From positions 8,158 through 72,157 of the forward strand of contig DVJF01000069.1 of NCBI GenBank assembly GCA_018716965.1: 64,000 nucleotides of DNA, in the 5' to 3' direction. This DNA is from Candidatus Caccenecus avistercoris (lineage in GTDB: Bacteria; Bacillota_I; Bacilli_A; RF39; UBA660). Each line of letters begins with the position of its first letter. The stretch's first letter is position 1. Of this stretch, positions 54,012 to 64,000 are shown in pieces. The notes beneath the pieces are model-generated. The model saw only the letters and a program-made list of their open reading frames with translations. It was not told the origin of the DNA and made no database searches. Both the position numbers and the translations under genes were made by a program.

Positions 54012-54488
54012 ATGGACAAAGAAAAATTTCTAAAAGAATTAAAATATCAATTAAGATATCTAAATAAAGAAACTATAGATGAAGAATTAAAAAATTATGA
54101 AAACCTTCCAGACTATAATTTAAAACCGGAAGACGAAGCTAACAAAATTTATCAAAAAAGAGGCCTAAACGTTAAGGTAACCAAAAAAACATCTCTTTTT
54201 GATGCCATATCCAAAATAATTGATGCTATAAAAAGCAAAAATAAAAAGATTATTACAGATTTAGTTCTCTTCTTTGTCTATATCTTTATTTTAATTATTC
54301 TAATTAAAATACCTTTTATTTATATTCGTGATACAATAAGTAGCATCTTTAGTGTTTTAGTAAATAATGATATACTATATACAATATGGTCCCTAGCCTT
54401 TGAATTATTATATGCTATAACGGCCATTTTAATATTTATACATTTAATCAAAAATAAAGCCAAAGATTATGAAAATGCAGGAATATAA
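54012..54488 (+). CDS. DUF1700-like membrane protein
   Basis: N-terminus MDKEKFLKELKYQLRYLNKETIDEELKNYE is the usual DUF1700 opening. Two C-terminal TM helices. Confidence 0.55.
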   Translation: MDKEKFLKELKYQLRYLNKETIDEELKNYENLPDYNLKPEDEANKIYQKRGLNVKVTKKTSLFDAISKIIDAIKSKNKKIITDLVLFFVYIFILIILIKIPFIYIRDTISSIFSVLVNNDILYTIWSLAFELLYAITAILIFIHLIKNKAKDYENAGI

Positions 54489-54574
54489 AACCTATATTTT
54501 TTTTGTCAATCAAACTAGTTTATTACAACTAATAGATTAAAAGATGCTATAATATAATTATATAGGAGGATATT

Positions 54575-55690
54575 ATGTCTAAAGGTTTAAAAATATTTCT
54601 AAGTATCATCTTAGTTCTTCTATTAATTGCCATTATCACTCTTACAACCTTAAAAATACTAAATAAACAAGACAAAGCACCAGAACCTGAGTCTCCTTAT
54701 AGTACCAAAGCTATAGCTGCCATGGAAGAATTACATCTACTAGATGATATAAATAATAAAGAATATTCCAAAACAATTGAAGTACTATTAGAAACAAATA
54801 ATTTAAGAAAAGAATATTTAGAGGAATATTTTGATATTGATTATGAAGAGATCTACAATTTTCCAAATATTATTAATAAACTTCTTGATAAAAACTATAC
54901 GAGTGAAGAAATTAATTATATTACCAAGAATATTAAGGATGATATAACCATATTATTAAACATGGATTATGTAAATATATTAGCATTTAAAGATATTTCT
55001 AACTTTGATATATCCAATATCGAAAGATATCTAGCCTATCAAGAAGAAAACCAAGATTATGACTTAGCAACAGTCGTTACTTATGTTAATATTGGTTTAG
55101 ACAAAGATGGATATTCTGATTATACTGAGTATACGAAAGAAGAAGCTTTAAATGATTTAACTATTTTAGTTAACAAATATCATAAATTACCAGATGATTA
55201 TGAACCAGATGATTTAGTAGCATTATCCTATCACAATGGTTATACTTATTATTTAAGGAGTGAAGCTGCAGAAGCTTATGAAGAACTTAGCAGTGCTGCC
55301 CTACTGGATAATGTAATTGTCTATCCATTTAGTGCTTATCGTTCATATGATACCCAAAATACTTTATACACCAGATATAAAGAGCGAGACGGCGAGGAAA
55401 AAGCAGATACCTACTCAGCAAGGCCTGGATTCTCTGAACATCAATTAGGCTTAGCTATTGACATTAGAAGTAATACTTTAACAGATAATTTAACCAATAA
55501 TGATTATGAATGGATGTTAGATAATTCCTACAAATATGGCTTTATTGTTAGATATCCAAAAGGAAAACAACACATTACCCAATTTATGGAAGAACCATGG
55601 CACTTAAGATATTTAGGAGTCGAACTAGCTACCAAAGTACATGATTCTGGCTTAACTTATGATGAATATTACGATTTATATATGAAATAA
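54575..55690 (+). CDS. D-alanyl-D-alanine carboxypeptidase, VanY/M15B family, membrane-anchored
   Basis: N-terminal TM helix. SAYRSY..Q, PGFSEHQLGLAIDI and EPWHLRYLG zinc-site motifs. Confidence 0.85.
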   Translation: MSKGLKIFLSIILVLLLIAIITLTTLKILNKQDKAPEPESPYSTKAIAAMEELHLLDDINNKEYSKTIEVLLETNNLRKEYLEEYFDIDYEEIYNFPNIINKLLDKNYTSEEINYITKNIKDDITILLNMDYVNILAFKDISNFDISNIERYLAYQEENQDYDLATVVTYVNIGLDKDGYSDYTEYTKEEALNDLTILVNKYHKLPDDYEPDDLVALSYHNGYTYYLRSEAAEAYEELSSAALLDNVIVYPFSAYRSYDTQNTLYTRYKERDGEEKADTYSARPGFSEHQLGLAIDIRSNTLTDNLTNNDYEWMLDNSYKYGFIVRYPKGKQHITQFMEEPWHLRYLGVELATKVHDSGLTYDEYYDLYMK

Positions 55691-55717
55691 CTCAAGACAA
55701 AAATCTTGAGTTATTTT
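55689..55717 (+). terminator. Intrinsic terminator after the VanY-family gene
   Basis: AACTCAAGA-caaaaa-TCTTGAGTT followed by ATTTT. Confidence 0.6.
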
Positions 55718-55762
55718 AATGCATTCAATTTCACATATTTATGTGAAACTATAAAAATCCTC

Positions 55763-55788
55763 AAAAAAAGAACTGTATTTTACAGTTC
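55763..55788 (-). terminator. Intrinsic terminator after rplQ
   Basis: Minus strand GAACTGTA-aaa-TACAGTTC followed by TTTTTTT. Confidence 0.7.
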
Positions 55789-55789
55789 C

Positions 55790-56131
55790 TTAAACAAGTT
55801 CAAGTCTAACTTGTAGCGCATCATCACCATGGCGTTCATTTAATTTAATAATTCTTGTATAACCACCATTTCTAGTTTCATAACGCTTAGCAAGTTCATT
55901 AAATACTTTATTTACAACATCACTGTCATTGTACAAGAAAGCTAAAGCTTTTCTTCTACTAACTAAAGTACCCCTCTTACCATAAGTAATCATCTTATCA
56001 ACAAATTTTCTTACTTCTTTAGCACGAGCTTCGGTCGTAACAACTGCTTCATTCATAATGACATCACGAGTAATATTAGCAAGGATACTTCTTCTGTGTC
56101 TTGATTCTCTACTTAATTTTCTGTATTGCAT
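55790..56131 (-). CDS. rplQ: 50S ribosomal protein L17
   Basis: MQYRKLSRESRHRRSILANITRDV..., 113 aa, follows rpoA. Confidence 0.95.
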   Translation of the reverse strand: MQYRKLSRESRHRRSILANITRDVIMNEAVVTTEARAKEVRKFVDKMITYGKRGTLVSRRKALAFLYNDSDVVNKVFNELAKRYETRNGGYTRIIKLNERHGDDALQVRLELV

Positions 56132-56142
56132 GTTAGTCCTCC

Positions 56143-57087
56143 TTAATCTCTAAATTTAAGTCCCATTTCTGCTACTTTATCTAAAACTTCTTTAAGTGAT
56201 TTCTTTCCTAGATTACGTATCTTCGTAACTTCCACTTCTCTTTTAGAGATAAGATCTTGAACAGTATGAATACCTGCTCTTTTAAGACAGTTATAAGCTC
56301 TAACAGAGAACTCAATTTCTTCAATTGGAGTTTCCAAAGTTTTAGTAATTGTATCCACTTTCTTTTCTTGCATTAAACCAGTAATATCACTAATACTATT
56401 TAGATCCGCAATAATATTGAAGTGTTCAATTAATATTCTAGCAGCAAGTGCCATAGATTCCTCTGGGCTAATAGAACCATCGGTATTAATTTCCATAGTT
56501 AGTTTATCATAATTTTCATTTTGTCCAACCCGAGTAGATTCCACTTCATATTTAACAAGTTCAATAGGAGAATAATTTGCATCAATTGCAATAACTCCTA
56601 CTTTATTTTCTGCAAATAATTTCTTATTTTCTTTTGCATCAACATAACCTTTACCATTAAAGACCGTAACTTCCATATCAATTTTACCGCCCTCTGCTAA
56701 GTTACAAATAACTAAATCAGGGTTAATAATATCAACATCAGCATTCGCTTCAAAATCTCCTGCCATAACAGGTCCTTCTGTATCTTTAAATAAATGCAAT
56801 GTTTTAACTTCTTCCGTATGGTTTTTTACAACAACATTTTTTAAAGCTAAAACAATACTAGTTACATCTTCAACTACACCATCAATCTTTTGAAATTCAT
56901 GAAGTACACCCTCAATTTTAACAGAAGTAATTGCACTTCCCGGTAAGCTTGATAGCATTACTCTTCTTAAAGCATTTCCAATAGTTGTTCCAAATCCTCT
57001 TTCAAGGGGTTCTAATTCAAATTTACCATAGTGATTACTTTCTTGGTATTCACTAATCTTATATTCTGGTTTTTCAAAACTAATCAT
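56143..57087 (-). CDS. rpoA: DNA-directed RNA polymerase subunit alpha
   Basis: GKFELEPLERGFGTTIGNALRRVMLSSLPG..., C-terminal domain IEEIEFSVRAYNCLKRAGI. Confidence 0.96.
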   Translation of the reverse strand: MISFEKPEYKISEYQESNHYGKFELEPLERGFGTTIGNALRRVMLSSLPGSAITSVKIEGVLHEFQKIDGVVEDVTSIVLALKNVVVKNHTEEVKTLHLFKDTEGPVMAGDFEANADVDIINPDLVICNLAEGGKIDMEVTVFNGKGYVDAKENKKLFAENKVGVIAIDANYSPIELVKYEVESTRVGQNENYDKLTMEINTDGSISPEESMALAARILIEHFNIIADLNSISDITGLMQEKKVDTITKTLETPIEEIEFSVRAYNCLKRAGIHTVQDLISKREVEVTKIRNLGKKSLKEVLDKVAEMGLKFRD

Positions 57088-57108
57088 ATATCTCTAACCT
57101 CTCTCTAA

Positions 57109-57492
57109 CTAATTTCTTGGACGTTTTGGTGGACGACAACCATTATGTGGAACTGGTGTTTCATCAGTAATTGAAGTAATTTCTAAACCTGCTGCTTGAA
57201 TTGAACGAATAGCAGTTTCTCTACCACTACCAAGTCCCTTAACAACAACATCAACCTTTTTTACACCTTGTTCCATAGCTGCTTTAGCAGCTGCATCAGC
57301 GGCAATACCTGCAGCAAAAGGAGTTTTCTTTTTACTTCCTTTATAACCAATAGTACCACTTGATGCCCAAGCTATAACACTACCATCTTTTTCTGTAATA
57401 GTAACAATTGTATTATTATAAGTAGAATGAATATGAGCTACAGCTTCCGGAATATTCTTCTTAATCTTTCTTTTTCTTCTATTATATGCCAT
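57109..57492 (-). CDS. rpsK: 30S ribosomal protein S11
   Basis: [28 protein letters not shown]...[10 protein letters not shown]. Confidence 0.95.
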   Translation of the reverse strand: MAYNRRKRKIKKNIPEAVAHIHSTYNNTIVTITEKDGSVIAWASSGTIGYKGSKKKTPFAAGIAADAAAKAAMEQGVKKVDVVVKGLGSGRETAIRSIQAAGLEITSITDETPVPHNGCRPPKRPRN

Positions 57493-57503
57493 AATCTAAC
57501 CTC

Positions 57504-57878
57504 CTACTTTCCTACTTTTTTCTTGTTAGCTACTACTTTACCTCTACCCTTACGAGTATGAGCATTTCTATTCGTTCTTTGTCCACGAACAGGAAGACCT
57601 TTTTTATGTCTTACACCTTGGTAGCAGTTAATTTCCATTTTGTTCTTTATACTCATTTGTACGTTACGACGTAAATCACCTTCAACAACATGATTATCTA
57701 CTTCCTTACGTAAACGAGCAATTTCTTCGTCTGTTAAATCCTTAACTTTTGTCTCTGGATTAACTTCTGCATTTTCACAAATTGTTTTACCCAAGCTTTT
57801 ACCAATACCATAGATAGCTGTTAAGCCAATCCAAATTTGTTTTTCACTTGGTAACTCAATATTCTTAATACGCGCCAT
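57504..57878 (-). CDS. rpsM: 30S ribosomal protein S13
   Basis: MARIKNIELPSEKQIWIGLTAIYGIG...GVRHKKGLPVRGQRT. Confidence 0.95.
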   Translation of the reverse strand: MARIKNIELPSEKQIWIGLTAIYGIGKSLGKTICENAEVNPETKVKDLTDEEIARLRKEVDNHVVEGDLRRNVQMSIKNKMEINCYQGVRHKKGLPVRGQRTNRNAHTRKGRGKVVANKKKVGK

Positions 57879-57890
57879 ATTTCCTCCTTA

Positions 57891-58004
57891 TTAACCTTGA
57901 GTTTGTTTGTGTTTTGGATTTTCACAAATAACCATAACTTTTCCTTTTCTTCTAATAATTTTGCATTTTTTACAAATTTTTCTTACTGATGGTCTAACTT
58001 TCAT
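57891..58004 (-). CDS. rpmJ: 50S ribosomal protein L36 (not in the ORF track)
   Basis: The minus strand reads [37 protein letters not shown] (37 aa) between infA and rpsM. Confidence 0.92.
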   Translation of the reverse strand: MKVRPSVRKICKKCKIIRRKGKVMVICENPKHKQTQG

Positions 58005-58017
58005 AATAATACCTCCA

Positions 58018-58269
58018 TTATCTTTTATTCCATGTTATACGCCCACGTGTTAAATCATAAGGCGAGAGCTCTATTGTTACCGTATCACCTGGTAGAATAC
58101 GAATCATATTTACTCGCATTTTACCAGAAACGTAGGCTTTTACAGTAAATCCGTTTTGAAGTTCTACTAAGTAATCAGAACCCTTAAGGACTTCTATTAC
58201 TTTACCTTCTACTTCAATTTTTTCCTCTTTTGATTTTTGATTAACATTATTTTTAAAATTTTTTTTCAT
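58018..58269 (-). CDS. infA: Translation initiation factor IF-1 (with a short basic N-terminal extension)
   Basis: [11 protein letters not shown]...[34 protein letters not shown]. Confidence 0.92.
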   Translation of the reverse strand: MKKNFKNNVNQKSKEEKIEVEGKVIEVLKGSDYLVELQNGFTVKAYVSGKMRVNMIRILPGDTVTIELSPYDLTRGRITWNKR

Positions 58270-58272
58270 CTA

Positions 58273-59022
58273 TTAGTTCTCTCCTGTTAAAATTTCATAT
58301 CCATCTTTTGTAACTACAACAGTATGTTCAAAGTGAGCACTTGGGGATTCATCATCAGTTGAAATTGTCCAATCATCATCATGAAGATATACATAACGAC
58401 TACCTAAATTAAGCATTGGTTCTACGGCTATAACCATACCTGCCCTTAGAGTAACACCAGACCCTTCCTTACCATAATTCGGTACATCTGGATCTTCATG
58501 TATATTTGTTCCAACTCCATGTCCAACAAGTTCTTCTACTACACTTAAACCATGTTCATGGGCAAATTTTTCAATCGCTGCTCCAATATCTCCTATTTTA
58601 GCACCTTCATGAATTTTTTGCAAGCCTGCATATAATGCCAGTTCCGTATTTTTAACTAAATCCTTCACTTCCGTGCTAGCTTCTCCAATAACATAAGTTC
58701 TAGCAGCATCACTATGATACCCATGTATTTCTACACCAATATCAATAGATACAACATCACCATCTTTAATTCGCCTTTCGCCCGGTATTCCATGTACTAC
58801 TTCATCATTAATAGATACACAAATACTTGCCGGATATCCTTCATAGTTTAGAAAAGATGGTTTAGCATGATTTCGAGTAATAAAATCATAGGCTATTTTA
58901 TCTAGCTCTTTTGTTTTAACTCCAACCTGCAGGTGCTTCTTAATTTCCTCATGAGTAAGAAAATTTAATCTACCCGCTTCCTTCATCAAACTAATTTCAC
59001 GATCACTTTTAATACTAATCAT
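58273..59022 (-). CDS. map: Type I methionine aminopeptidase
   Basis: Metal ligands in VHGIPG, DIGV..HGYHSDAARTY, GHGVG, AVEPM, FEHTVVVT. Confidence 0.94.
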   Translation of the reverse strand: MISIKSDREISLMKEAGRLNFLTHEEIKKHLQVGVKTKELDKIAYDFITRNHAKPSFLNYEGYPASICVSINDEVVHGIPGERRIKDGDVVSIDIGVEIHGYHSDAARTYVIGEASTEVKDLVKNTELALYAGLQKIHEGAKIGDIGAAIEKFAHEHGLSVVEELVGHGVGTNIHEDPDVPNYGKEGSGVTLRAGMVIAVEPMLNLGSRYVYLHDDDWTISTDDESPSAHFEHTVVVTKDGYEILTGEN

Positions 59023-59040
59023 TTAACACCCGCCTCATCT

Positions 59041-59691
59041 CTAAACTTCCGCCTCATTTATAATCTTATCAACAATATCAGTTATACTAGTTGTAGCAGG
59101 AATAACTTGTAATTCATTTCTACTTTGATAAAAATTCAAAATAGACTCTACATTTTCTTTAAATATTTGAAAACGAATCTTCATCTTTTCTTTTTCATCA
59201 TCGCTTCTTTTAACAAGTACTCCCCCACAATTATCGCATAACCCTTCATGAATTGGTTTTAGTTCTTCACTATAAATATTATAAACCTTTTGACATTGGT
59301 TGCAAATTCTTCTTCCCTCTATTCTTTTTAAAACAGTATCAACATCAACATCTAAATAAACAGCGGTTATGTTATTTAAATGAAATTGTAGAAATATTTC
59401 TTGAAGCACTTCTGCTTGTTTTAAAGTTCTAGGGAATCCATCTAAAATAAAAGGTTTATTGTGAATTTGTTCCAATTTCTTCAAAACTAATTTAATTACA
59501 ATATCATCGGGAGCTAAATACCCTTTACTAATAATTTGATCAATCTCTTGACCAAGTTCACTATTCATAGCTATCTCGCATCTTAGTAAATCACCAGTTG
59601 CCACATGAACATATCCATAATGTTCTACAAGATAGTTACTAATAGTTCCTTTACCAGCCCCCGGAGGGGCAATAAGAATAATATTTTTCAA
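59041..59691 (-). CDS. adk: Adenylate kinase (start placed at TTG 59691; the alternative ATG 59721 would overlap secY by 29 nt)
   Basis: (M)KNIILIAPPGAGKGT P-loop, lid-domain Cys cluster CNQC...CDNCGG. Confidence 0.9.
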   Translation of the reverse strand: MKNIILIAPPGAGKGTISNYLVEHYGYVHVATGDLLRCEIAMNSELGQEIDQIISKGYLAPDDIVIKLVLKKLEQIHNKPFILDGFPRTLKQAEVLQEIFLQFHLNNITAVYLDVDVDTVLKRIEGRRICNQCQKVYNIYSEELKPIHEGLCDNCGGVLVKRSDDEKEKMKIRFQIFKENVESILNFYQSRNELQVIPATTSITDIVDKIINEAEV

Positions 59692-59692
59692 A

Positions 59693-60955
59693 TTATCTAA
59701 GCCTCTTCTTACGTTCAGCATATCCTCTAGCCGTTAAGCTAGACTCAATTTGTTTATATGTTTCAATAACAACACCAACAACAATTAAAATACCAGTTCC
59801 ACCTAAACTTACGCTTGATGGTAAATTAGTAAAACTTGAAATTAATACTGGTAATCCTGCTAAAATTACTAAGAAAATAGCACCTACCAAAGTAATTCTA
59901 GATAAACATTTGCTAATATAATTACTTGTATCACTTCCTGGTCTAACACCTGGAATATATCCACCATTCTTATTTAAATTCTTACTCATTTCCTCTGGGT
60001 TCATACTTAAGAAAGTATAGAAATAAGAGAAAGCAAAAATTAAAACAATATATAATAAGAAACCAGTTGGAGATGTATACAAGATGTAATTATTAACAAA
60101 ATTAATCGCCGCTTCATTTCCTGTTAAAGCAACAATTGTTCCCGGTATTGTTGTAATAACAGATGCAAATATTACAGGGATAACTCCTGCACTATTAATC
60201 TTAATAGGCAAGAATGATTGTTGGGCCCCGTATGCACTTGTCGTTCTATTAGAGTACTGAATAGGAATTCTTCTTTCTGCAAGTTGAACCCAAATAATAC
60301 CCACAATAATTAAAATATAACAGATGATATACACTATGAATAAAGTAATACCTAAACCAATCTCCATATTACCATTAATAAAAGTATTATATACACTAGT
60401 AAATACATTTGGCATACTAATTAAGATACCAGCCATGATAAGTAAAGATTGTCCATTACCAATACCCTTTTGTGTAATTTGATCACCCATCCATAGTAAG
60501 AATGCTGTACCAGCAGTCATTACTAAACTTGTTTTAAGCATAACCATAACGTCATTAGTATTTAAATAAAATACACTAATCGCATATGCTTGTATAAAGG
60601 CAATAATAATACCTAAATATCTAGTAATCTTATTTATTTTTTGTCTACCAACATATCCTTGTTCTTTTAAATCTTTGAAATAAGGAATAATATCCATTTG
60701 TAATAATTGCGTAATAATACTCGCTGTAATATATGGACTAACACCTAAACCAAAGATAGAGAAACTCTGCAAGCCTCCACCACTCATCAAGTTAAATATT
60801 TCTAAGAAACCTAATTCTTCATAAATGGTATTTGCCCAAGGAATAGTAATATTTATTCCAAGAGCAAAGAAGCCTAAACAAAATAATGTAAAATAAATTC
60901 TTTTTCTTAAGTCTTTATTTGATTTACTAAATATTTTGGTAATTCCTTTAAACAT
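59693..60955 (-). CDS. secY: Preprotein translocase subunit SecY
   Basis: 420 aa, 10 TM helices, GLGVSPYITASIITQLL motif. Confidence 0.95.
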   Translation of the reverse strand: MFKGITKIFSKSNKDLRKRIYFTLFCLGFFALGINITIPWANTIYEELGFLEIFNLMSGGGLQSFSIFGLGVSPYITASIITQLLQMDIIPYFKDLKEQGYVGRQKINKITRYLGIIIAFIQAYAISVFYLNTNDVMVMLKTSLVMTAGTAFLLWMGDQITQKGIGNGQSLLIMAGILISMPNVFTSVYNTFINGNMEIGLGITLFIVYIICYILIIVGIIWVQLAERRIPIQYSNRTTSAYGAQQSFLPIKINSAGVIPVIFASVITTIPGTIVALTGNEAAINFVNNYILYTSPTGFLLYIVLIFAFSYFYTFLSMNPEEMSKNLNKNGGYIPGVRPGSDTSNYISKCLSRITLVGAIFLVILAGLPVLISSFTNLPSSVSLGGTGILIVVGVVIETYKQIESSLTARGYAERKKRLR

Positions 60956-61399
60956 CTAAATCACCTCAGCTTTACCGCCAGCATTTTCTATTTTTGTAAC
61001 AGAGGCAGATGAGAATCTTTGAGCTTTAACAGTTAATTTTTTAGTTAATTCTCCATTACCTAAAACTTTAACACCGCTAAGTTGTTTTTTAATAATTCCT
61101 CTTTCTTTAAGAATCTCAGGAGTAACAACATCGCCATCATTAAAGAAACGTTCTAAATCACTTAAATTAATGGTTGCAAACTTTGTCTCAAAGCGATGAT
61201 TGTTAAATCCTCTTTTAGGAATTCTTCTATAAATAGGAGTTTGTCCACCTTGGAACCAAGCACTAATACTTGATCCACTTCTTGATTTTTGACCCTTTTG
61301 TCCACGAGTAGAAGTCTTACCCATGCCACTTCCTGGTCCGCGTCCAACACGTTTTCTTGCTTTTGTTTCATTAGACGCTGGTAATGATTCTAACTTCAT
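60956..61399 (-). CDS. rplO: 50S ribosomal protein L15
   Basis: MKLESLPASNETKARKRVGRGPGSGMGKTSTRGQKGQKSR. Start at ATG 61399 after GGAGGAG, 1 nt after the rpsE stop. Confidence 0.93.
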   Translation of the reverse strand: MKLESLPASNETKARKRVGRGPGSGMGKTSTRGQKGQKSRSGSSISAWFQGGQTPIYRRIPKRGFNNHRFETKFATINLSDLERFFNDGDVVTPEILKERGIIKKQLSGVKVLGNGELTKKLTVKAQRFSSASVTKIENAGGKAEVI

Positions 61400-61400
61400 A

Positions 61401-61901
61401 TTATAACTCCTCCACTTTCTTACCACGTAGAGCTGCTACTTTTGCAGGACTCTTTTGTGATTTTAAAGCTTCTAGTGTTGCCTTAGCTACATTAATTTTA
61501 GTATTAGAACCAAGTGATTTAGATACGATATCTTTAACACCAGCAAGTTCTAATACAGCACGAGCAGCACCACCAGCAATAATTCCTGTACCTTCTTTTG
61601 CAGGCTTAATCATAACTACAGCTCTACCAACTTTACAAGTTGCATCATGTGGAATAGTTCTATTATCCATTAGGGATACTTTAACAACATTCTTATTAGC
61701 AGCTTGTAATGCTTTCTTAATAGCCTCAGGTACTTCATTAGCTTTTCCAGTACCAATTCCAACTAATCCTCTACGGTTACCAACTACGACTGTAGCTGAG
61801 AATCTAAAGTGTCTACCACCTTTAGTAACTTTTGTTACCCTACCAATAGAGATAACTTTTTCTTCTAATAAATTTTTCTTATTATCGATCTTTTTTGGCA
61901 T
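61401..61901 (-). CDS. rpsE: 30S ribosomal protein S5
   Basis: [42 protein letters not shown]. Confidence 0.95.
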   Translation of the reverse strand: MPKKIDNKKNLLEEKVISIGRVTKVTKGGRHFRFSATVVVGNRRGLVGIGTGKANEVPEAIKKALQAANKNVVKVSLMDNRTIPHDATCKVGRAVVMIKPAKEGTGIIAGGAARAVLELAGVKDIVSKSLGSNTKINVAKATLEALKSQKSPAKVAALRGKKVEEL

Positions 61902-61916
61902 ACCTTATCCTCCACT

Positions 61917-62273
61917 CTAGAATTCCAAACCGTTTTCACGTGCAGCTTCCGCTAAAGCAGCAACACGTCCATGATATAGGTATCCACCTCTATCAAAAAC
62001 AACAGTTTTTATTTTCGCATCTTTACATTTTTTAGCAATATCAGCACCAACTAACTTTGCAGCGCGGATATTACCACCATTTTTAATTTTAAGTTCAGCA
62101 GTTGATGAACTAACTAAGGTAGTAGAAGCATCATCATCAATTACTTGAACATAAATTCCATTATTTGAACGGAAAACGTTTAAGCGAGGTCTCTCTTTTG
62201 TACCATGAATAGACTCACGTACTCTTTCATGTCTTCTTAAACGTGCAACGTTCCTATTTTCTTTCTTAATCAT
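61917..62273 (-). CDS. rplR: 50S ribosomal protein L18
   Basis: [34 protein letters not shown]...[26 protein letters not shown]. Confidence 0.95.
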   Translation of the reverse strand: MIKKENRNVARLRRHERVRESIHGTKERPRLNVFRSNNGIYVQVIDDDASTTLVSSSTAELKIKNGGNIRAAKLVGADIAKKCKDAKIKTVVFDRGGYLYHGRVAALAEAARENGLEF

Positions 62274-62293
62274 AATTTCCGACCTTTCTAACC

Positions 62294-62833
62294 TTATTTA
62301 GCAGCCTTTTTACCTTCTTTACGACGTACATATTCGCCTTTATAACGAATTCCTTTACCTTTATAAGGTTCAGGTTTTCTAATCTTACGAATATTAGCCG
62401 CAAATTCAGATACTTTTTGTTTATCAATTCCACTAATTGTAATTTCGGTATTACTTACTTGTTCTACCTTTAAATCACTTGGCACTTCAACTACTACAGG
62501 ATGAGAGAACCCAGCTGAAATATTAATTTTATTACCACTAACTTGGAAACGATATCCAACACCAACTGCTTCTAAACCTTTACTAAATCCAGTACTAACT
62601 CCTTCAATCATATTAGAAATTATTGAATTCATTGTACCAACATTAATATTAGCTTCTGCGCTATTATCTTTTGCTTTCGTAACTACTTCTGTATCATTAA
62701 TTTCAACAGATACTAGTTTATGAAGTTCTAAACTTAAAGATCCTTTCGCACCTTTAACAGTTATAGTATTACCTTCTAAACTAGCAGTTACACCAGTAGG
62801 AAGCGTAAGTTTTCTATTACCAATTCTACTCAT
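62294..62833 (-). CDS. rplF: 50S ribosomal protein L6
   Basis: [15 protein letters not shown]...[22 protein letters not shown]. Confidence 0.95.
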   Translation of the reverse strand: MSRIGNRKLTLPTGVTASLEGNTITVKGAKGSLSLELHKLVSVEINDTEVVTKAKDNSAEANINVGTMNSIISNMIEGVSTGFSKGLEAVGVGYRFQVSGNKINISAGFSHPVVVEVPSDLKVEQVSNTEITISGIDKQKVSEFAANIRKIRKPEPYKGKGIRYKGEYVRRKEGKKAAK

Positions 62834-62842
62834 AATATTTCC

Positions 62843-63238
62843 CTACCAAATATAGGCAAGTACTTCGCCTCCTAACCTTTGTTCTCTTGCTTCTTTATCA
62901 GTCATTAAACCTTTAGAAGTAGAGATAATTGCTATTCCAAGACCGTTAAGAACACGAGGAATTTCATCGGCTTTAGCGTAAACTCTTAAACCAGATTTAC
63001 TAATTCTTTTTAAACCAGTAATAACTCTTTCTTTTCTATCACCATATTTAAGTGTTAAAGTAAGCTTATCACCAGTAATATTTTTTTCATAAGAATAATC
63101 AGCTATATAACCTTCTTTTTTAAGAATTTCAGCAATACCTAAAGTCATTTTAGTTCCAATTACTTCAACAGTCTCATATTTCATTTGATTTGCATTACGA
63201 ATTCTTGTAAGCATATCTGCTATTTTATCTTGAACCAT
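62843..63238 (-). CDS. rpsH: 30S ribosomal protein S8
   Basis: [23 protein letters not shown]...GGEVLAYIW. Confidence 0.95.
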   Translation of the reverse strand: MVQDKIADMLTRIRNANQMKYETVEVIGTKMTLGIAEILKKEGYIADYSYEKNITGDKLTLTLKYGDRKERVITGLKRISKSGLRVYAKADEIPRVLNGLGIAIISTSKGLMTDKEAREQRLGGEVLAYIW

Positions 63239-63255
63239 TTAAAATTCCTCCATCC

Positions 63256-63441
63256 TTACCAACTTGATTTCTTTACGCCTGGAATCTTACCTTCATTTGC
63301 AAGTTCTCTAAAACAAATACGGCAAATTCCAAATTTACGTAAAACTCCATGTGGTCTACCACATCTTTCGCATCTTGTATAAGCACGAACTTTATATTTA
63401 GGTGTTCTTTTATTTTTAACAATCATACTTTTCTTAGCCAT
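63256..63441 (-). CDS. rpsN: 30S ribosomal protein S14 type Z (zinc-binding, 61 aa)
   Basis: [61 protein letters not shown]. Start at ATG 63441 after AAGGAGG. Confidence 0.93.
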   Translation of the reverse strand: MAKKSMIVKNKRTPKYKVRAYTRCERCGRPHGVLRKFGICRICFRELANEGKIPGVKKSSW

Positions 63442-63454
63442 AAAATATTCCTCC

Positions 63455-63994
63455 TTAATTCTTAAAAGGCATACCAAATGCCTTTAATAAAGCAAATGCT
63501 TCTTCGTTTGTATGAGCAGTAGTTACGAATACAATATCCATACCTCTTACTTTAACAACGTTATCATACTCTATTTCTGGGAATATTAATTGTTCTTTAA
63601 TACCCAAAGTATAATTACCTTTTCCATCAAAAGCTGTCTTAGAAACACCTCTAAAGTCTCTAACACGAGGAAGAGCCGTGCGTATTAATCTTTCCATAAA
63701 TTCATACATCTTTTCTCCTCTAAGTGTTACTTTAACTCCAATAGCTTGACCTTCACGAAGTTTAAAACCAGCGATTGAATGACGAGCTTTTGTAACAACT
63801 GCCTTTTGACCAGTAATTGCTTCTAAATCTTTTAGGGCAGCTTCAATAAATTTATGATCACGAGCACCATCGCCGCAACCCATATTAATAACAATCTTAT
63901 CTAATTTTGGTACTTGCATTACACTTGAATATTTAAATTCATCCTTGAGTGATTTTACAATCTTCTCATCATATAATTTTTTATAATTACTCAT
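63455..63994 (-). CDS. rplE: 50S ribosomal protein L5
   Basis: [16 protein letters not shown]...[23 protein letters not shown]...RDFRG...[16 protein letters not shown]. Confidence 0.95.
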   Translation of the reverse strand: MSNYKKLYDEKIVKSLKDEFKYSSVMQVPKLDKIVINMGCGDGARDHKFIEAALKDLEAITGQKAVVTKARHSIAGFKLREGQAIGVKVTLRGEKMYEFMERLIRTALPRVRDFRGVSKTAFDGKGNYTLGIKEQLIFPEIEYDNVVKVRGMDIVFVTTAHTNEEAFALLKAFGMPFKN

Positions 63995-64000
63995 AAATAT

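Noticed and set aside
61384-61920. 178-aa plus-strand ORF covering the rpsE region
   Set aside because: It is entirely antisense to the highly conserved S5 gene and has an Ala/Thr/Leu-rich composition typical of a shadow frame. The same reasoning applies to 61162-61371, 63185-63382, 22852-23040, 22890-23093, 21543-21728 and 21877-22071, which lie inside r-protein and EF-G genes.
1-64000. CRISPR arrays, rRNA or tRNA genes, and prophage structural modules
   Set aside because: I scanned intergenic regions on both strands. The only regularly spaced repeats are the three 23-nt repeats at 34807-34875, which have no spacers, and the TGAAACATTTT triplet at 48059-48136. There are no tRNA-like cloverleaf signatures, no rRNA, and no capsid, terminase or integrase genes.

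Overview
This 64 kb window looks like a low-GC (roughly 30% by eye, not computed) Firmicutes chromosome segment, Erysipelotrichia/Bacilli-like. It uses the standard genetic code: every conserved gene reads through without internal TGA. The backbone is housekeeping. It includes add, recG, tuf-fusA-rpsG-rpsL, rplL-rplJ-rplA-rplK with an L10-leader attenuator, tsaEBD-rimI, uvrA, tdk-rnr-smpB, and the distal spc/alpha ribosomal cluster from rplE to rplQ with secY, adk, map, infA, rpmJ and rpoA. The conserved operons are separated by accessory DNA. rpoB-rpoC are missing between rplL and rpsL; that gap holds a dinD-like gene, an IS4-type transposase element, a fused MacB-like ABC transporter and small pilin-like membrane proteins. 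secE-nusG are missing upstream of rplK; an approximately 8 kb island sits there instead. It carries a DUF4143-type AAA ATPase, a decayed RhuM gene, a GH25 lipoprotein, a TPR-like protein, a stand-alone MutS-domain-I-like protein, a homopolymer-frameshifted surface protein, a double-HTH regulator and an Rpn nuclease. The most interesting loci are listed below.
- An orphan radical SAM/SPASM maturase locus with membrane partners, a degraded upstream region and a nearby unannotated Cys-rich small ORF.
- A cohesin-like membrane anchor next to a dockerin-bearing SH3b-glucosaminidase.
- A promoter-to-terminator sRNA candidate that shares a 40-nt terminator module with a second locus.
- Candidate LexA (Cheo) boxes in the uvrA and dinD promoters.
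- S12 carrying Ile at the conserved Pro of the KDLPGV loop.
- An L11 protein with a 54-aa acidic C-terminal tail.
- No rpmD between rpsE and rplO.
No rRNA, tRNA, tmRNA or CRISPR array was recognised. All calls come from reading the sequence and the ORF translations; no database search was run.
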